NCBI GenBank assembly: GCA_024683975.1
Contig: JAIKXR010000124.1
Location: forward strand, 1 to 61,767
DNA: 61,767 nt
Origin: Paludibacteraceae bacterium
GTDB lineage: Bacteria > Bacteroidota > Bacteroidia > Bacteroidales > Paludibacteraceae
Direction: 5' to 3'
In this document: piece after piece, positions 30,186 to 41,578 of the stretch
How the letters are laid out: the number at the start of each line of letters is the position of its first letter
Numbering within the stretch: position 1 is the first letter of the stretch
The notes under the pieces: model-generated
Told to the model about the DNA's origin: nothing
The model's input: the letters and a program-made list of their open reading frames with translations, nothing else
The model's database searches: none
Position numbers and translations under genes: made by a program

Positions 30186-31694
30186 TTATAAGGCTTTGCT
30201 TTGGATCAGTATGTTACCGAGAGCAGTCGCTTCGGTGGAGCCGACAGTAACGGGAACGCCGATGGCTTGTTCAGTAAGCTGATTAAGCCAGGCATTTCGT
30301 GCGCCACCGCCGATGATGTGCAATCTTGTAATGGTGAAAGGAGCGAGTTGCTGTAGCAAATGGAACACTTCGCCGTAGCGGTGGGCAAGCGAGTGGTAGA
30401 TGGTCCAAACGGTGAGTGCATCGCGGTTGTCGGATTGCGGTATATCTTTTTGCACTTCGTTAAGCATTGACACCGGATTAGCAAATCGCGGGTCATCGGG
30501 ATTGAAGAGTTGCGGTGGCTTGATAAGACCATTGTCAATCTTGTAGTCCGTTTGTTGCGCCATCTGTATGAGTTGTTCGTGCGGGTAGTCTTTGCCTTGT
30601 TTTTTCCATTCACTCCGGCATTGTTCGAGAATCCACATACCCGTTATGTTCTTGAGCAACCGAGATGTCTGCCCCACTCCGCCTTCGTTAGTGAAATTGA
30701 AGGCGAAACTATGCTGTGTGATAACGGGTTCAGGCGATACTATTCCCATAAGCGACCACGTCCCGCTACTGAGGTAAGCTATTGGTTCATCAGGCACGGT
30801 AGTGACCGCGCTTGCCGTGTCGTGTGACGCGACAGCAATGACGGGCACTTCATGAGCGAACGGGGATATTTCGCCGCGCAACATCCCTATTCGCTCTGAC
30901 GGATATGCCATAGGGGCGAATTTAGAGAGGTCAGCCCCACAAGCCTGCAAGAGGTCTGAATCCAAATGGGGACAGACTGTTTTGGAGGATTGCGTACTGA
31001 CAAATTGAGAGATATGGGAATTTGTTTGCGAGATATTTGAATTGTCAGTATTTTGAGTTATTTTTGCAGACTCATTTGAATACCAGTTGAGCAGTTGGGA
31101 AGTTGAGAGGAGAGTATATTCGCAGCGCATCACTCCAGTAAGCAGATAGTTAAAATAGTCAGCGATGAGGAGATAGTGAGCGGCTTGGAGGAATGGAGCG
31201 TATTGTTGCTGACTGCAAGCATAAAGTTGGTAGATCGTATTGAACGGCAACATCTGGATACCAGTTTTTAAATAGACAATGTTGCGTCCGACAGATACAG
31301 GGTCTTTGACATATTGGTTATCAGCACTGTGTGCGTATGCGAGTTGTTGCCACAGTTGCTCCATACGTCCGTTAGTATAAGGGTCACGATAGGCACGCGG
31401 GTGAGCGATGGGTTGTCCCTGCGAGTCAAGGAAGATAATATCGCATCCCCAACTATCCACACCTATACTGAGGACATGCAGGTCTTTGCGGTCGGCAAGC
31501 AGTCGCAACCCTTTTTGTATTTCCAGCCAGAGCGAGTCGGTATTCCAAAAGAACATGCCGTTTTGCTCATAGATGGCGTTAGGGAAACGATAGATGACTT
31601 GCAGGTCGTCATCGGCGACGGAGGTGCCTGCGGGTGCGATGATTATTCGTCCTGATGTAGCACCGAGGTCAATGGCGCAAAAGACATCTTTCAT
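30186..31694 (-). CDS. rhaB: Rhamnulokinase (FGGY family)
   Basis: MKDVFCAIDLGATSGR (FGGY N-terminal motif) and a C-terminal HIIGGGARNAWLNQL. I chose the ATG at 31694; the longer ORF-track version overlaps secA. Confidence 0.85.
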   Translation of the reverse strand: MKDVFCAIDLGATSGRIIIAPAGTSVADDDLQVIYRFPNAIYEQNGMFFWNTDSLWLEIQKGLRLLADRKDLHVLSIGVDSWGCDIIFLDSQGQPIAHPRAYRDPYTNGRMEQLWQQLAYAHSADNQYVKDPVSVGRNIVYLKTGIQMLPFNTIYQLYACSQQQYAPFLQAAHYLLIADYFNYLLTGVMRCEYTLLSTSQLLNWYSNESAKITQNTDNSNISQTNSHISQFVSTQSSKTVCPHLDSDLLQACGADLSKFAPMAYPSERIGMLRGEISPFAHEVPVIAVASHDTASAVTTVPDEPIAYLSSGTWSLMGIVSPEPVITQHSFAFNFTNEGGVGQTSRLLKNITGMWILEQCRSEWKKQGKDYPHEQLIQMAQQTDYKIDNGLIKPPQLFNPDDPRFANPVSMLNEVQKDIPQSDNRDALTVWTIYHSLAHRYGEVFHLLQQLAPFTITRLHIIGGGARNAWLNQLTEQAIGVPVTVGSTEATALGNILIQSKAL

Positions 31695-31695
31695 G

Positions 31696-34600
31696 CTATT
31701 CCAATTTACCGTGGCATTGTTTGTATTTTTTTCCGCTGCCGCATGGACACGGGTCATTGGGACGCGGTTTCTTGTCAGCGATAATCGGCATCACTTTCTG
31801 CGGTTCACGTGTGTCTCGCTGAGCCGCTCCAGCCATACCCGACTGCTGCGCCGCCTGCTGCACCACATCTTTCTGCGTGCGATAGCGGCTCATGTCTGTT
31901 CGTTGCGGGGCACGTGCCTGCTGCATTTGTGAGGGTTGCTGCTGTGGTATGAATCCGCGCAGGAGGATAGCGATGGCACGACGGTTGAAACTGTCGAGCA
32001 TCTCGCGGAATATATTGAAGGATTCAAGTTTGTAGATAAGCAGCGGGTCTTTCTGTTCATAGGAGGCGTTCTGGACTGACTGTTTGAGGTCGTCCAACCG
32101 GCGCAGATGCTCTTTCCACTCATCATCGATTACATAGAGAACCATACGTTTTTCGAACTCTTTGACCACTTCCTTGCAATCGGTTTCGGCTGCGCGGCGC
32201 AGATTGACAGAAATGTTATACACCCTCTGCCCGTCAGAGACAGGAATGAGAATGTTCTCATACATGGCACCTTTATCCTTATATACTTGCTGAATAACAG
32301 GATTGGCAGTGGTCATAAGTTTGTCCATACGACGTTTGAAACTGTCGAGTGCCGCTTCGGCAAGTTGGTTGGACAAAGGTTCCTCTTTAGAGTGGCGGAA
32401 CGTGTCTTCATCGAACGGCACTTCGATGGCGAAGGTCTGCATGACGCTGTAGGCCAGGGTTCCGTAGTCCAAAGTCGGTTTTGATTCGGCGATGATGGCT
32501 TCGGCAGCATCGTAGATCATATTGGTTATGTCCACACCAATACGTTCGCCCATCAGGGCGTGGTGACGCTTGGCGTAGATGACGTTACGTTGCTGGTTCA
32601 TAACATCGTCATACTCAATAAGCCGTTTGCGGATACCAAAGTTATTCTCTTCTACTTTCTTTTGTGCGGTTTCGACGTTGGAAGAAATCATTTTGTGTTC
32701 GATGGCTTCGCCTTCTTCCCAACCCAAGCGGTCCATAACAGAAGCTATACGGTCAGAGCCGAAACGACGCATAAGGTCGTCTTCGAGTGAGATGAAGAAG
32801 ACGCTGCTACCGGGGTCCCCCTGACGACCTGAACGTCCGCGCAACTGGCGATCCACACGCCGACTCTCGTGTCGTTCAGTACCAAGGATAGCGAGACCAC
32901 CTGCGGCTTTGACTTCCGGAGTAAGTTTGATATCAGTACCACGACCTGCCATGTTAGTGGCAATAGTAACGACACCTTTCTCACCTGCGTGCGCCACCAC
33001 TTCAGCCTCTTTCTGGTGAAGTTTGGCATTGAGTACATTGTGCGGTATATGACGCATTGTGAGCATCTTAGAGAGCAGTTCGGAAATCTCGACAGAGGTT
33101 GTACCGACGAGAACCGGGCGTCCTGCTGCAACGAGGTTTTGAATTTCATCAATGACGGCTTTGTACTTTTCACGTTTGGTACGGTAGATACGGTCGTTGA
33201 GGTCGGTACGGGCAATAGGTTTGTTGGTAGGAATAACAACCACATCGAGTTTGTAGATATTCCAGAACTCCCCTGCTTCTGTTTCGGCAGTACCGGTCAT
33301 ACCTGAGAGTTTGCGGTACATACGGAAATAGTTTTGCAGTGTTATGGTAGCGAAAGTCTGCGTCGCACCTTCCACTTTGACATTTTCTTTGGCTTCTACA
33401 GCCTGATGCAGTCCGTCGGACCAGCGGCGGCCTTCCATTATACGTCCTGTTTGCTCGTCAACAATCTTAACCTCGTTGTTGTCAATGATATAGTCAACAT
33501 CTTTTTCAAAGAGCGTATATGCTTTTAGCAGTTGCTGTACGGTATGGACGCGCTCGGACTTGACTGAATAGTTGGTCATTATGTCGTCTTTGCGCTGCTG
33601 CTTCTGTTCGGGCGTGAGATTTTCTTTTTCAAGATCCGCCATTTCGGAGCCGACATCAGGGAGTACAAAGAAGTTAGGGTCTTCGCTGTTGCCTGCAAGC
33701 GTTTCGTTACCTTTGTCGGTCATTTCGACAGATTTCTGTTTCTCATCAATAACGAAATATAGGGGGTCGGTAGCGATGTGCATGTTTTTTTCCTGCTCCT
33801 GCAGGTAGAACTCTTCTGTTTTTTGGAGTCTGACCTTTATACCCGGTTCGCTCAAGAACTTGATGAGGGCTTTGTTTTTAGGCATCTCTTTGTATGAACG
33901 GAAGAGTGCGAGTTCGCCTTCTTCTTTCTCTTTCGGGTCGGAACTTGCCATCTTGCGCTTGGCTTCAATGAGGTACTGGTTGGCTTGCTGAACTCCAGTA
34001 CGGTAGAGAAGTTCGACACGATGCTTATACTCATCAAACATCTGGTCTTCTCCCTTGGGTATAGGACCGGAAATGATAAGCGGTGTACGAGCGTCATCAA
34101 TAAGCACTGAGTCCACCTCATCAACGATAGCGAAATTGTGACCGCGTTGAACGAGGTCAAGAGGTGATGTCGCCATATTGTCACGCAGATAGTCAAAACC
34201 GAACTCGTTGTTGGTGCCGAAAGTTATATCGCAGGCATAGGCACGGCGGCGTTCGTCGGAATTGGGCCGGTGCTTGTCGATACAATCGACTGTCAGACCG
34301 TGGAACATATAGAGCGGTCCCATCCATTCGGAGTCACGCTTGGCGAGGTAGTCGTTGACAGTGACCACGTGAATACCCTCGTGAGTCAGGGCGTTAAGGA
34401 ACACCGGCAGTGTGGCAACCAGCGTTTTACCTTCACCTGTCGCCATTTCGGCAATCTTACCTTGGTGCAGGACGACACCGCCGAAAAGCTGCACATCGTA
34501 GTGAATCATATCCCACGTTATCTCGTTACCTCCCGCCATCCAATGGTTGTGATAGACAGCATCCTCTCCGTCTATTTCGATGAAGTCGAATCTCGGGTCG

Positions 34601-35019
34601 GCAGCGAGGTCACGGTCACGGTCATTAGCCTTGACACGGACAGACTCGTTTTCGGCAAAGCGTCGTGCAGTGGACTTGACGATAGCGAATGCTTCGGGAA
34701 GGATGTCGTTGAGGACACGTTTGTAGTCTTCCTGAATTTCCTTTTCGAGGCGGTCCACCTCGTCATAGACTTTTTCGCGTTTGTCAATCTCAAGGTCTTC
34801 GATAGAGGCTTTGAGGGTGACTATCTGTTGTTTTTTGTCTTTTACAGTGTCGGCAATACGCTGCATCAGAGCCTGACTATGTGTACGCAGTTCATCGTGA
34901 GAGAGGGCATCAATTTCGGGGTAGATGCTTTTGATTTTGTCAACGACAGGCTGTATCTCGCGCATATCGCGCTGCGCCTTGTTGCCGAAAATTTTGCTGA
35001 TAAATCCAATAAAGTTCAT
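31696..35019 (-). CDS. secA: Preprotein translocase ATPase SecA
   Basis: [19 protein letters not shown]..., with [33 protein letters not shown] and [12 protein letters not shown] motifs. The C-terminal zinc motif is [14 protein letters not shown]. Confidence 0.96.
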   Translation of the reverse strand: MNFIGFISKIFGNKAQRDMREIQPVVDKIKSIYPEIDALSHDELRTHSQALMQRIADTVKDKKQQIVTLKASIEDLEIDKREKVYDEVDRLEKEIQEDYKRVLNDILPEAFAIVKSTARRFAENESVRVKANDRDRDLAADPRFDFIEIDGEDAVYHNHWMAGGNEITWDMIHYDVQLFGGVVLHQGKIAEMATGEGKTLVATLPVFLNALTHEGIHVVTVNDYLAKRDSEWMGPLYMFHGLTVDCIDKHRPNSDERRRAYACDITFGTNNEFGFDYLRDNMATSPLDLVQRGHNFAIVDEVDSVLIDDARTPLIISGPIPKGEDQMFDEYKHRVELLYRTGVQQANQYLIEAKRKMASSDPKEKEEGELALFRSYKEMPKNKALIKFLSEPGIKVRLQKTEEFYLQEQEKNMHIATDPLYFVIDEKQKSVEMTDKGNETLAGNSEDPNFFVLPDVGSEMADLEKENLTPEQKQQRKDDIMTNYSVKSERVHTVQQLLKAYTLFEKDVDYIIDNNEVKIVDEQTGRIMEGRRWSDGLHQAVEAKENVKVEGATQTFATITLQNYFRMYRKLSGMTGTAETEAGEFWNIYKLDVVVIPTNKPIARTDLNDRIYRTKREKYKAVIDEIQNLVAAGRPVLVGTTSVEISELLSKMLTMRHIPHNVLNAKLHQKEAEVVAHAGEKGVVTIATNMAGRGTDIKLTPEVKAAGGLAILGTERHESRRVDRQLRGRSGRQGDPGSSVFFISLEDDLMRRFGSDRIASVMDRLGWEEGEAIEHKMISSNVETAQKKVEENNFGIRKRLIEYDDVMNQQRNVIYAKRHHALMGERIGVDITNMIYDAAEAIIAESKPTLDYGTLAYSVMQTFAIEVPFDEDTFRHSKEEPLSNQLAEAALDSFKRRMDKLMTTANPVIQQVYKDKGAMYENILIPVSDGQRVYNISVNLRRAAETDCKEVVKEFEKRMVLYVIDDEWKEHLRRLDDLKQSVQNASYEQKDPLLIYKLESFNIFREMLDSFNRRAIAILLRGFIPQQQPSQMQQARAPQRTDMSRYRTQKDVVQQAAQQSGMAGAAQRDTREPQKVMPIIADKKPRPNDPCPCGSGKKYKQCHGKLE

Positions 35020-35472
35020 AGTTGTTTTTTCATTTTCACGCGACAAAAGTACGACTTTTTTCTGAGTTGTGCAGATTTTTTTGATTTTTCTTTTTCGGAA
35101 GCAAAACCGGGAGGATTTCCGGAGTGTTTGTTTTCGAGTTTTTTTCGTCCTTTTTTCGAGTTTTTTTCAAGTTTTTTATGTTGAAGGCAGGGAGAAACAT
35201 CGACAAAATACATTACACATTTTTATTGTGATCACGATTTGGAATCAAAAGTGGCATCAAAAGTGGTATCAAAAGTGCAACAGAGGAAAAATGTGAAATT
35301 TGTGAGAAGATTGTGCAAAGTGAAAGATTTTTGTATTTTTGCGGCGTTTTTTTCAGTGAGGTATATGCGATGTGCTTTTGTTGCGGGCGAGACACCTGCG
35401 TACCAAGTGAGTTACCGAAGTTGTGAAATTACTTAATATACATTCAATTATAGATTCAAAAATTATCAGATT

Positions 35473-37152
35473 ATGAGAAAAGGATTGATGTTGGCAGGCA
35501 TCGTGTCGGTGTTTGCCATTGGCAGTTCGTTTGCCTGCACTAATTTTATGGCAGGCAAAGCAGCGACGGCGGACGGCAGCACAATAATCAGTTATGCAGC
35601 CGACAGTTACTCATTCTACGGCTATCTGCACTACAAAGCAGCGGCCGACCATTCTTCGGGCGAGATGCGTGACGTGGTATGTTGGGATGACGGCAAACCG
35701 CTAATGAAGATACCAGAGGTGGCGCATACATATACAGTGGTAGGCAACACCAACGAGCATCAAGTGACTATAGGCGAGACCACATGGGGCGGCAGAGACA
35801 TGGCAGACACAGTAGGCATAGACTACGGCAGCCTTATCTATATAGCCTTGGAGCGCAGCAAGACAGCCCGCGAGGCTATAGACTGGATCACAACTCTTGC
35901 TACTGAATACGGCTATGTGAGCGGTGGCGAGAGTTTTTCAATAGGTGACCCGAACGAGGTATGGATTATGGAGATGACGGGCAAAGGCAAAGGCAAAAAA
36001 GGCGTGGTATGGGCAGCAGCACGCATACCAGATGACTGCATATCAGGTCATGCCAATCAAGCAAGAATCACCTATCTGCCCCTAAAAGGCGCGAAGAAGA
36101 AAGGCGATGTGTTTACATCGAAAGACGGTCAGTGGATGTGGCACAAGGACGTGATACAGGTGGCGAGAGACAACGGGTTCTTTGATGGCAAGGACGAGGA
36201 GTTTCAATTCAATCACGCCTATAACCCGTTCGATTTCACAGGATTGTACGTATGCGAAGCACGCGTATGGAGCGTATTCAGGAAGTTTGCAGACGATATG
36301 GACAAGTACCTGGGTTATTCGGCCGGCAAGATTTACCTTGCGACCGACGGTCGTGAAGCCGGTGAGCCTATGCCGCTTTGGGTCAAACCTAACCATAAGA
36401 TAACGGTACAAGAGATGAAAGACGCCATGCGTGACCAGTATGAGGGTACAGAACTGGACATAACTCAGGGAACAGATGCCGGTCCTTACCACAGCAAACT
36501 GCGTTACGGCGGTTTGGGTTTCAAGCAAGACAGCATCCAGTACTGGTTTGAGCGTCCGGTAGCCACCCAACAGACGGCATGGTCGTATGTGAGCCAGATG
36601 CGCGGATATGAGAGTGCAAAGGCCGGAGGCATATTCTGGTTCGGGCTGGACGATGCAGCAACGACTGTGTATGTACCGCTTTACAACACAATAATGAAAG
36701 CCCCTGAGTGTATGCGTGAGGGCAACGGCGACTTATACACCTACTCGCCGACATCGGCATGGTGGGCTTACAACCGCGTGGCCAACTGGGCCTACCCCCT
36801 CTACTCACTGATGTTACCGGACATAAAGAACGTACAGAAGACATGGGAGGAGAAGTTCAACAGCCAAGTGGAAACAATAGACCAGAAAGTGGCAACCATG
36901 AACGAAAAGGAGAGACGTGAGTTTCTGACCCAATACTCGTGCCAACAGGCGGATGAGTCAACAGCGGCATGGAATGACCTGTTCACATACCTGACCGTAA
37001 AATATATAGACGGCAACATACGCAAGGAAGAGAACGGCCAGTTCAAGCGTAACGAATGGGGCGAACCAGTCGGACCGAAACGCGTGGGATACCCGAAAGA
37101 GTTCCAAGACAAGTTCAAAGGTGAATTGTACAAAGAGACAGTGAAGAATTGA
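35473..37152 (+). CDS. C69-family dipeptidase (secreted)
   Basis: Signal peptide ending ...GSSFAC-TNF, with the catalytic Cys directly after the cleavage site as in C69 peptidases. Length 559 aa. Confidence 0.82.
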   Translation: MRKGLMLAGIVSVFAIGSSFACTNFMAGKAATADGSTIISYAADSYSFYGYLHYKAAADHSSGEMRDVVCWDDGKPLMKIPEVAHTYTVVGNTNEHQVTIGETTWGGRDMADTVGIDYGSLIYIALERSKTAREAIDWITTLATEYGYVSGGESFSIGDPNEVWIMEMTGKGKGKKGVVWAAARIPDDCISGHANQARITYLPLKGAKKKGDVFTSKDGQWMWHKDVIQVARDNGFFDGKDEEFQFNHAYNPFDFTGLYVCEARVWSVFRKFADDMDKYLGYSAGKIYLATDGREAGEPMPLWVKPNHKITVQEMKDAMRDQYEGTELDITQGTDAGPYHSKLRYGGLGFKQDSIQYWFERPVATQQTAWSYVSQMRGYESAKAGGIFWFGLDDAATTVYVPLYNTIMKAPECMREGNGDLYTYSPTSAWWAYNRVANWAYPLYSLMLPDIKNVQKTWEEKFNSQVETIDQKVATMNEKERREFLTQYSCQQADESTAAWNDLFTYLTVKYIDGNIRKEENGQFKRNEWGEPVGPKRVGYPKEFQDKFKGELYKETVKN

Positions 37153-37179
37153 GAATTTGAAAATTAAAAATTAACGAAT

Positions 37180-38622
37180 ATGAACAATTTAGAACCGAAG
37201 GAAGTATTTTCCATTTTTGACGAGATAAGAAAAGTGCCTCGTCCGAGTAAACACGAAGAGCAAATATCAGCGTGGCTGGTGCGTTTTGCCGAAGCACACG
37301 GGATAGAGCATACAGTGGATGACGCGATGAACGTGATAATGCGCGTTCCAGCCACAGCCGGATATGAAGACAAACCCGGCGTTATACTTCAGGCACACAT
37401 GGATATGGTATGCGAGAAGAACGGCGATGTGGATCACGACTTTATGAAAGACCCGATAGACACATACGTTGACGGCGACTGGCTCAAGGCACGAGGCACC
37501 ACGCTGGGTGGTGATGACGGGATAGGCGTAGCAATGGGATTGGCAGCGTTGACATCAAAGACGCTCAAACACCCTGCATTGGAGTGCCTGTTCACGGTAG
37601 ATGAAGAAACAGGTCTTACCGGTGCCAACCAACTGAAAGACGGCTGTTTACAGGGCAAGAGACTGATTAACCTTGACTCGGAAGACGATGGTCAGATATT
37701 TATCGGTTGCGCCGGCGGAATAGACACATTGGCAAAGATGCACTATACGCCTGCAACAGTGGACACAAAGGATTTGTTTGCAGCAAGAGTGAGTGTCAAA
37801 GGCTTGATGGGCGGTCACTCGGGCGACGATATAAGCAAAGGCCGCGGGAATGCCAACATAATGATTGCACGTTTCTTATACGAGATGATACAAACAGAAG
37901 GTTTTGAACTTGCATCCATCAGCGGCGGCAACTTGCGGAACGCAATAGCAAGAGAAGCAGAGGCTATATTCACCGTGAGAATGAGCGAGAAGGAGAATAT
38001 GCGTGTGCGTTTCAACGAATATGTGGCAGCCATAGAAGGTGAATACGGGGACATCGAGAAAGATATGCACTTTGACCTTGAGAGTACAGATATGCCAAAG
38101 GCTTTCATACCGACAGAGCAAGCCAAACGCCTCATCCGCACACTGATGGCTTGTCCTCACGGCGTAGTGGAGATGTCGCGGGATATGCCCGGACTGGTAC
38201 AGACATCAACTAATCTCGCGTCTGTGAAGATGAGAGACGGCTACGTGGAAATCAACACAAGCCAACGCTCGTCAGTAGAGAGCCAGAAACACTATATCAA
38301 AGACAAGGTAGAGTGCGCGCTGTCAGCCGTTTGCGATGAGATAACCCACGGTGACGGTTATCCGGGATGGAAACCCAATGTAAACTCACCGCTGAAAGAA
38401 GTGGTAAGACAGACATACGTTGAACTGTTCAAAGAAGAGCCTAAAGTGCTGGCTATCCATGCGGGTTTGGAATGCGGTCTGTTTTTGGAAAAATATCCGT
38501 ATTTGGATATGGTAAGTATAGGTCCGCAAATGTACGGGGTACACTCACCACAAGAGAGACTGAGTATCAGTTCGACCGGCAGGTGCTGGCAATGGCTGTG
38601 CAGAACGTTGGAGAAACTGTAA
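37180..38622 (+). CDS. pepD: Aminoacyl-histidine dipeptidase (M20 family, PepD)
   Basis: FDEIRKVPRPSKHEEQIS, LQAHMDMVCEKN, GTTLGGDDGIG and FTVDEETGLTGA motifs. Confidence 0.88.
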   Translation: MNNLEPKEVFSIFDEIRKVPRPSKHEEQISAWLVRFAEAHGIEHTVDDAMNVIMRVPATAGYEDKPGVILQAHMDMVCEKNGDVDHDFMKDPIDTYVDGDWLKARGTTLGGDDGIGVAMGLAALTSKTLKHPALECLFTVDEETGLTGANQLKDGCLQGKRLINLDSEDDGQIFIGCAGGIDTLAKMHYTPATVDTKDLFAARVSVKGLMGGHSGDDISKGRGNANIMIARFLYEMIQTEGFELASISGGNLRNAIAREAEAIFTVRMSEKENMRVRFNEYVAAIEGEYGDIEKDMHFDLESTDMPKAFIPTEQAKRLIRTLMACPHGVVEMSRDMPGLVQTSTNLASVKMRDGYVEINTSQRSSVESQKHYIKDKVECALSAVCDEITHGDGYPGWKPNVNSPLKEVVRQTYVELFKEEPKVLAIHAGLECGLFLEKYPYLDMVSIGPQMYGVHSPQERLSISSTGRCWQWLCRTLEKL

Positions 38623-38636
38623 GAAAGCGGAGTTGT

Positions 38637-39182
38637 ATGGACTACGAGATTATCTCCGAACGACAAGCAAAAGTACTGAAGTACTTGGTAGAGAACAATA
38701 TACCTTTCACCACATATAATCACCCCGAAGGCAAGACGATAGAAGAGGCCAAGCGTTGGTGGAAAGATGACGGCAGCGTTCACTGCAAGAACATCTTCAT
38801 GCGCAATCATAAAGGCAATCAGCATTATCTGATATGTTTTCCTTGCGATGACGACCTGGCGATACATGACATAGAGCATTGGCTCAAGGATGTGTTGGTG
38901 TCGCAAGGCCAGCCTGCTCCAGGCAAACTGTCGTTCGCCTCACCTGAAAGAATGCTGCGCTACTTGGGTTTGGAACCCGGTAGCGTCAGCCCTTTCGGAC
39001 TGATCAATGATGAAGCACACCACGTGATACTGTTTCTTGACAGCAGGCTGAAAGAAGCTCCATCGTTGAGTTTTCACCCTAACGACTGCCGGGGAACGGT
39101 GGTGATAGGACAAGACGCCTTTCAGAAATACCTTAAATCAGTGGGAAACAAAACGGAGTATATAGAGACGACACATAGTTAG
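38637..39182 (+). CDS. YbaK/ProX-type aminoacyl-tRNA editing domain protein
   Basis: MDYEIISERQAKVLKYL...CKNIFMRNHKGNQHYLI...LSFASPERMLRYLGLEPGSVSPFGLIND. I used the internal ATG at 38637 because the ORF-track start overlaps pepD. Confidence 0.7.
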   Translation: MDYEIISERQAKVLKYLVENNIPFTTYNHPEGKTIEEAKRWWKDDGSVHCKNIFMRNHKGNQHYLICFPCDDDLAIHDIEHWLKDVLVSQGQPAPGKLSFASPERMLRYLGLEPGSVSPFGLINDEAHHVILFLDSRLKEAPSLSFHPNDCRGTVVIGQDAFQKYLKSVGNKTEYIETTHS

Positions 39183-39211
39183 CCACATTCGTGTGCGAAC
39201 GTGTACACTTA

Positions 39212-40579
39212 ATGACCTTTAGCGATTATTTACCATATTACCGCAGGAACTTAAAGGTGGCGTTGCCTGTTATGCTGACTCATATAGGCGCGTCGTTGGT
39301 TGGTTTGGTGGACACGATGATGGTGGGTCACTACTCGACTACCGCCTTGGCGGCAGTGTCATTCTCCAATGCCATTTTCTTTACGGTAATGGTATTTGCG
39401 ATGGGTGTTCTGATGGGTATGACACCACTGATTAGCCAGCAAGTCGGTCATAAAGTTTCATCAGAAGCTGACGGCGAAGAGGACAACAAGATATCACACC
39501 TGCTGAAAGCATCTGTTATACTGACGGTTATACTGAGCGTAGTGATGGTAATAATGCTGGCATTGGTGATACCTTTCTTTGACAATCTGGGTCAGGATCC
39601 AGAGGTGGTTGCCGATGCAAGGACTTATTATCTGCTGATAATGCTGTCGCTTATACCATTCATGTTTTTCTGCACAGAGAAACAATTTCTTGAGGGTTTA
39701 GGCAATACGACAGTAGCAATGGTGATATCAATTGTAATGAACCTGCTTAACGTTGGGCTGAACTACATACTGATATACGGTCACTTAGGTCTGCCTGCAA
39801 TGGGGGCGACAGGCGCAGGAATAGCGACACTAATATCACGAACGCTACTGCCGATAATGTTTTTTGCCTTTATATACATAAGGAAAGAGTGGCGTTGGTA
39901 CTTGCGAGACAGGAGCGGATTGTCTATCACCCCTGCGGTAAAAGAGGTGTGGCGAGTAGGTGCGCCGATAGGAATGCAGACGTGGATTGAGACAGTGACA
40001 TTCACTCTGACAACAGTAATAGTAGGCTGGTTGGGAAAAGAATCAATAGCAGCCCACCAGATTGCCACACAGATTGCCGACCTCACTTTTATGCTGGCAG
40101 TTGGCGTTGGCAGCGCGACAACAATCAGAGTGTCGTATCAATTGGGCAAAGGCGACTTGCAGGCAGTGAGAATGGCAAGCAATGCGAGTATACATTTGGT
40201 GCTGCTAATGAACACGATAGGTGCCGCCTTGATGATTGGGTTTAGACAATACATACCTATGTTGTTCACGGAGGATAAAGCTGTCATAGAGATTGCTTCG
40301 ATGCTGATATTGTGCGCGGGGTTCTTCCAATACGCTGACGGAACACAATGCGTTGGGGCGGCTATGCTCAGAGGTATAACGGACGTACGCCGTCCGATGG
40401 TCTATGCCTTCATCGCCTATATAGTCATCTCCCTGCCCGTAGGACTGGTTTGCACCTTTACGCTGAAGATGGGTGCCGTAGGAATGTGGATTGGTTTTAT
40501 CGTGGCTCTGTCAGTTGCAGCCGTGCTGTTTCACGCAAGGTTCAGAAGGAAACTTAAACAACTGAAAACAACATACTGA
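39212..40579 (+). CDS. MATE-family efflux transporter
   Basis: 12 TM helices, with N-terminal YRRNLKVALPVMLTHIGASLVGLVDTMMVGH typical of NorM/MATE proteins. Confidence 0.85.
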   Translation: MTFSDYLPYYRRNLKVALPVMLTHIGASLVGLVDTMMVGHYSTTALAAVSFSNAIFFTVMVFAMGVLMGMTPLISQQVGHKVSSEADGEEDNKISHLLKASVILTVILSVVMVIMLALVIPFFDNLGQDPEVVADARTYYLLIMLSLIPFMFFCTEKQFLEGLGNTTVAMVISIVMNLLNVGLNYILIYGHLGLPAMGATGAGIATLISRTLLPIMFFAFIYIRKEWRWYLRDRSGLSITPAVKEVWRVGAPIGMQTWIETVTFTLTTVIVGWLGKESIAAHQIATQIADLTFMLAVGVGSATTIRVSYQLGKGDLQAVRMASNASIHLVLLMNTIGAALMIGFRQYIPMLFTEDKAVIEIASMLILCAGFFQYADGTQCVGAAMLRGITDVRRPMVYAFIAYIVISLPVGLVCTFTLKMGAVGMWIGFIVALSVAAVLFHARFRRKLKQLKTTY

Positions 40580-40635
40580 AAAACATACTCTGAAAAGGAT
40601 ATATATATAAATATTCACAACATATTCACATCAAT

Positions 40636-41514
40636 ATGAAAACAGAAGACAAAACACGTGTTGCCGTCCTTGGTTACGGCAATATAGGCAAAGCCGTAGA
40701 AGAGGCAGTCAGCACAACCAACGATATGACCCTCGCGGGCATTTTCCACCACGATGAGATAAGCCGGTTGGAAGCCGCTTATCCCGATATAGTCCTGCTC
40801 GGTGTCCCGTCAAGGGAAGTCCCAGCCACAGCTGAACAACTTCTCAAAAAAGGACTCAACACTGTGGACAGTTTTGACATTCACACGCAGATTCCCGCCG
40901 TTCATCAACGCCTGAACGAGTCGGCACGCGCAAACAAAGCGGTCAGCATTCTGTCAGCCGGCTGGGATCCGGGGTCAGACTCGGTTGTCCGCGCCCTAAT
41001 GCAGGCCCTCCTTCCTCAGGGAATCACCTACACGGACTTTGGTCCCGGTCGGTCAATGGGGCATACAGTGGCAGCCAAAGCGATTGAAGGAGTGAAGAAT
41101 GCACTATCAATGACCATTCCTCTCGGAACAGGCATTCACAGGCGAATGGTGTATGTAGAGATAAAAGACGGCTATTCGTACAATCAGGTGCGCGATGCGA
41201 TACTCAAAGACGACTATTTCGCACACGATGAAACACACGTGATCGAAGTGGACAATGTGGAGGCATTGAACAATGTGGCACACGGTGTTAGATTGACACG
41301 CAACGGAGTGAGCGGACAAACACATAACCAACGAATAGAGATGACGATGAGCATCAATAATCCGGCTCTGACCGGGCAGATAATGGTGGCATCAGCTCGC
41401 GCCGCAATACGAATGGCACGGAATGAGAAATACGGTTGCTATACGATGATCGAATTGGCACCGGTGGACTTGTTGGAAGGAGAGAGAGAGGATTGGATAA
41501 GAAAAATAGTCTGA
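40636..41514 (+). CDS. ddh: meso-diaminopimelate D-dehydrogenase
   Basis: VAVLGYGNIGKAV Rossmann motif and SAGWDPGSDSVVRALM. Its length of 292 aa is close to Bacteroides Ddh. Confidence 0.78.
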   Translation: MKTEDKTRVAVLGYGNIGKAVEEAVSTTNDMTLAGIFHHDEISRLEAAYPDIVLLGVPSREVPATAEQLLKKGLNTVDSFDIHTQIPAVHQRLNESARANKAVSILSAGWDPGSDSVVRALMQALLPQGITYTDFGPGRSMGHTVAAKAIEGVKNALSMTIPLGTGIHRRMVYVEIKDGYSYNQVRDAILKDDYFAHDETHVIEVDNVEALNNVAHGVRLTRNGVSGQTHNQRIEMTMSINNPALTGQIMVASARAAIRMARNEKYGCYTMIELAPVDLLEGEREDWIRKIV

Positions 41515-41578
41515 CTCTTATAGCAATAATCTGAACAATCTGAAGATTCAGGACAAACAACAGAAAAAGAAGAATATA

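Noticed and set aside
34270-35184. 304-aa plus-strand ORF
   Set aside because: It is entirely antisense to the highly conserved secA N-terminal region and has no recognisable motifs.
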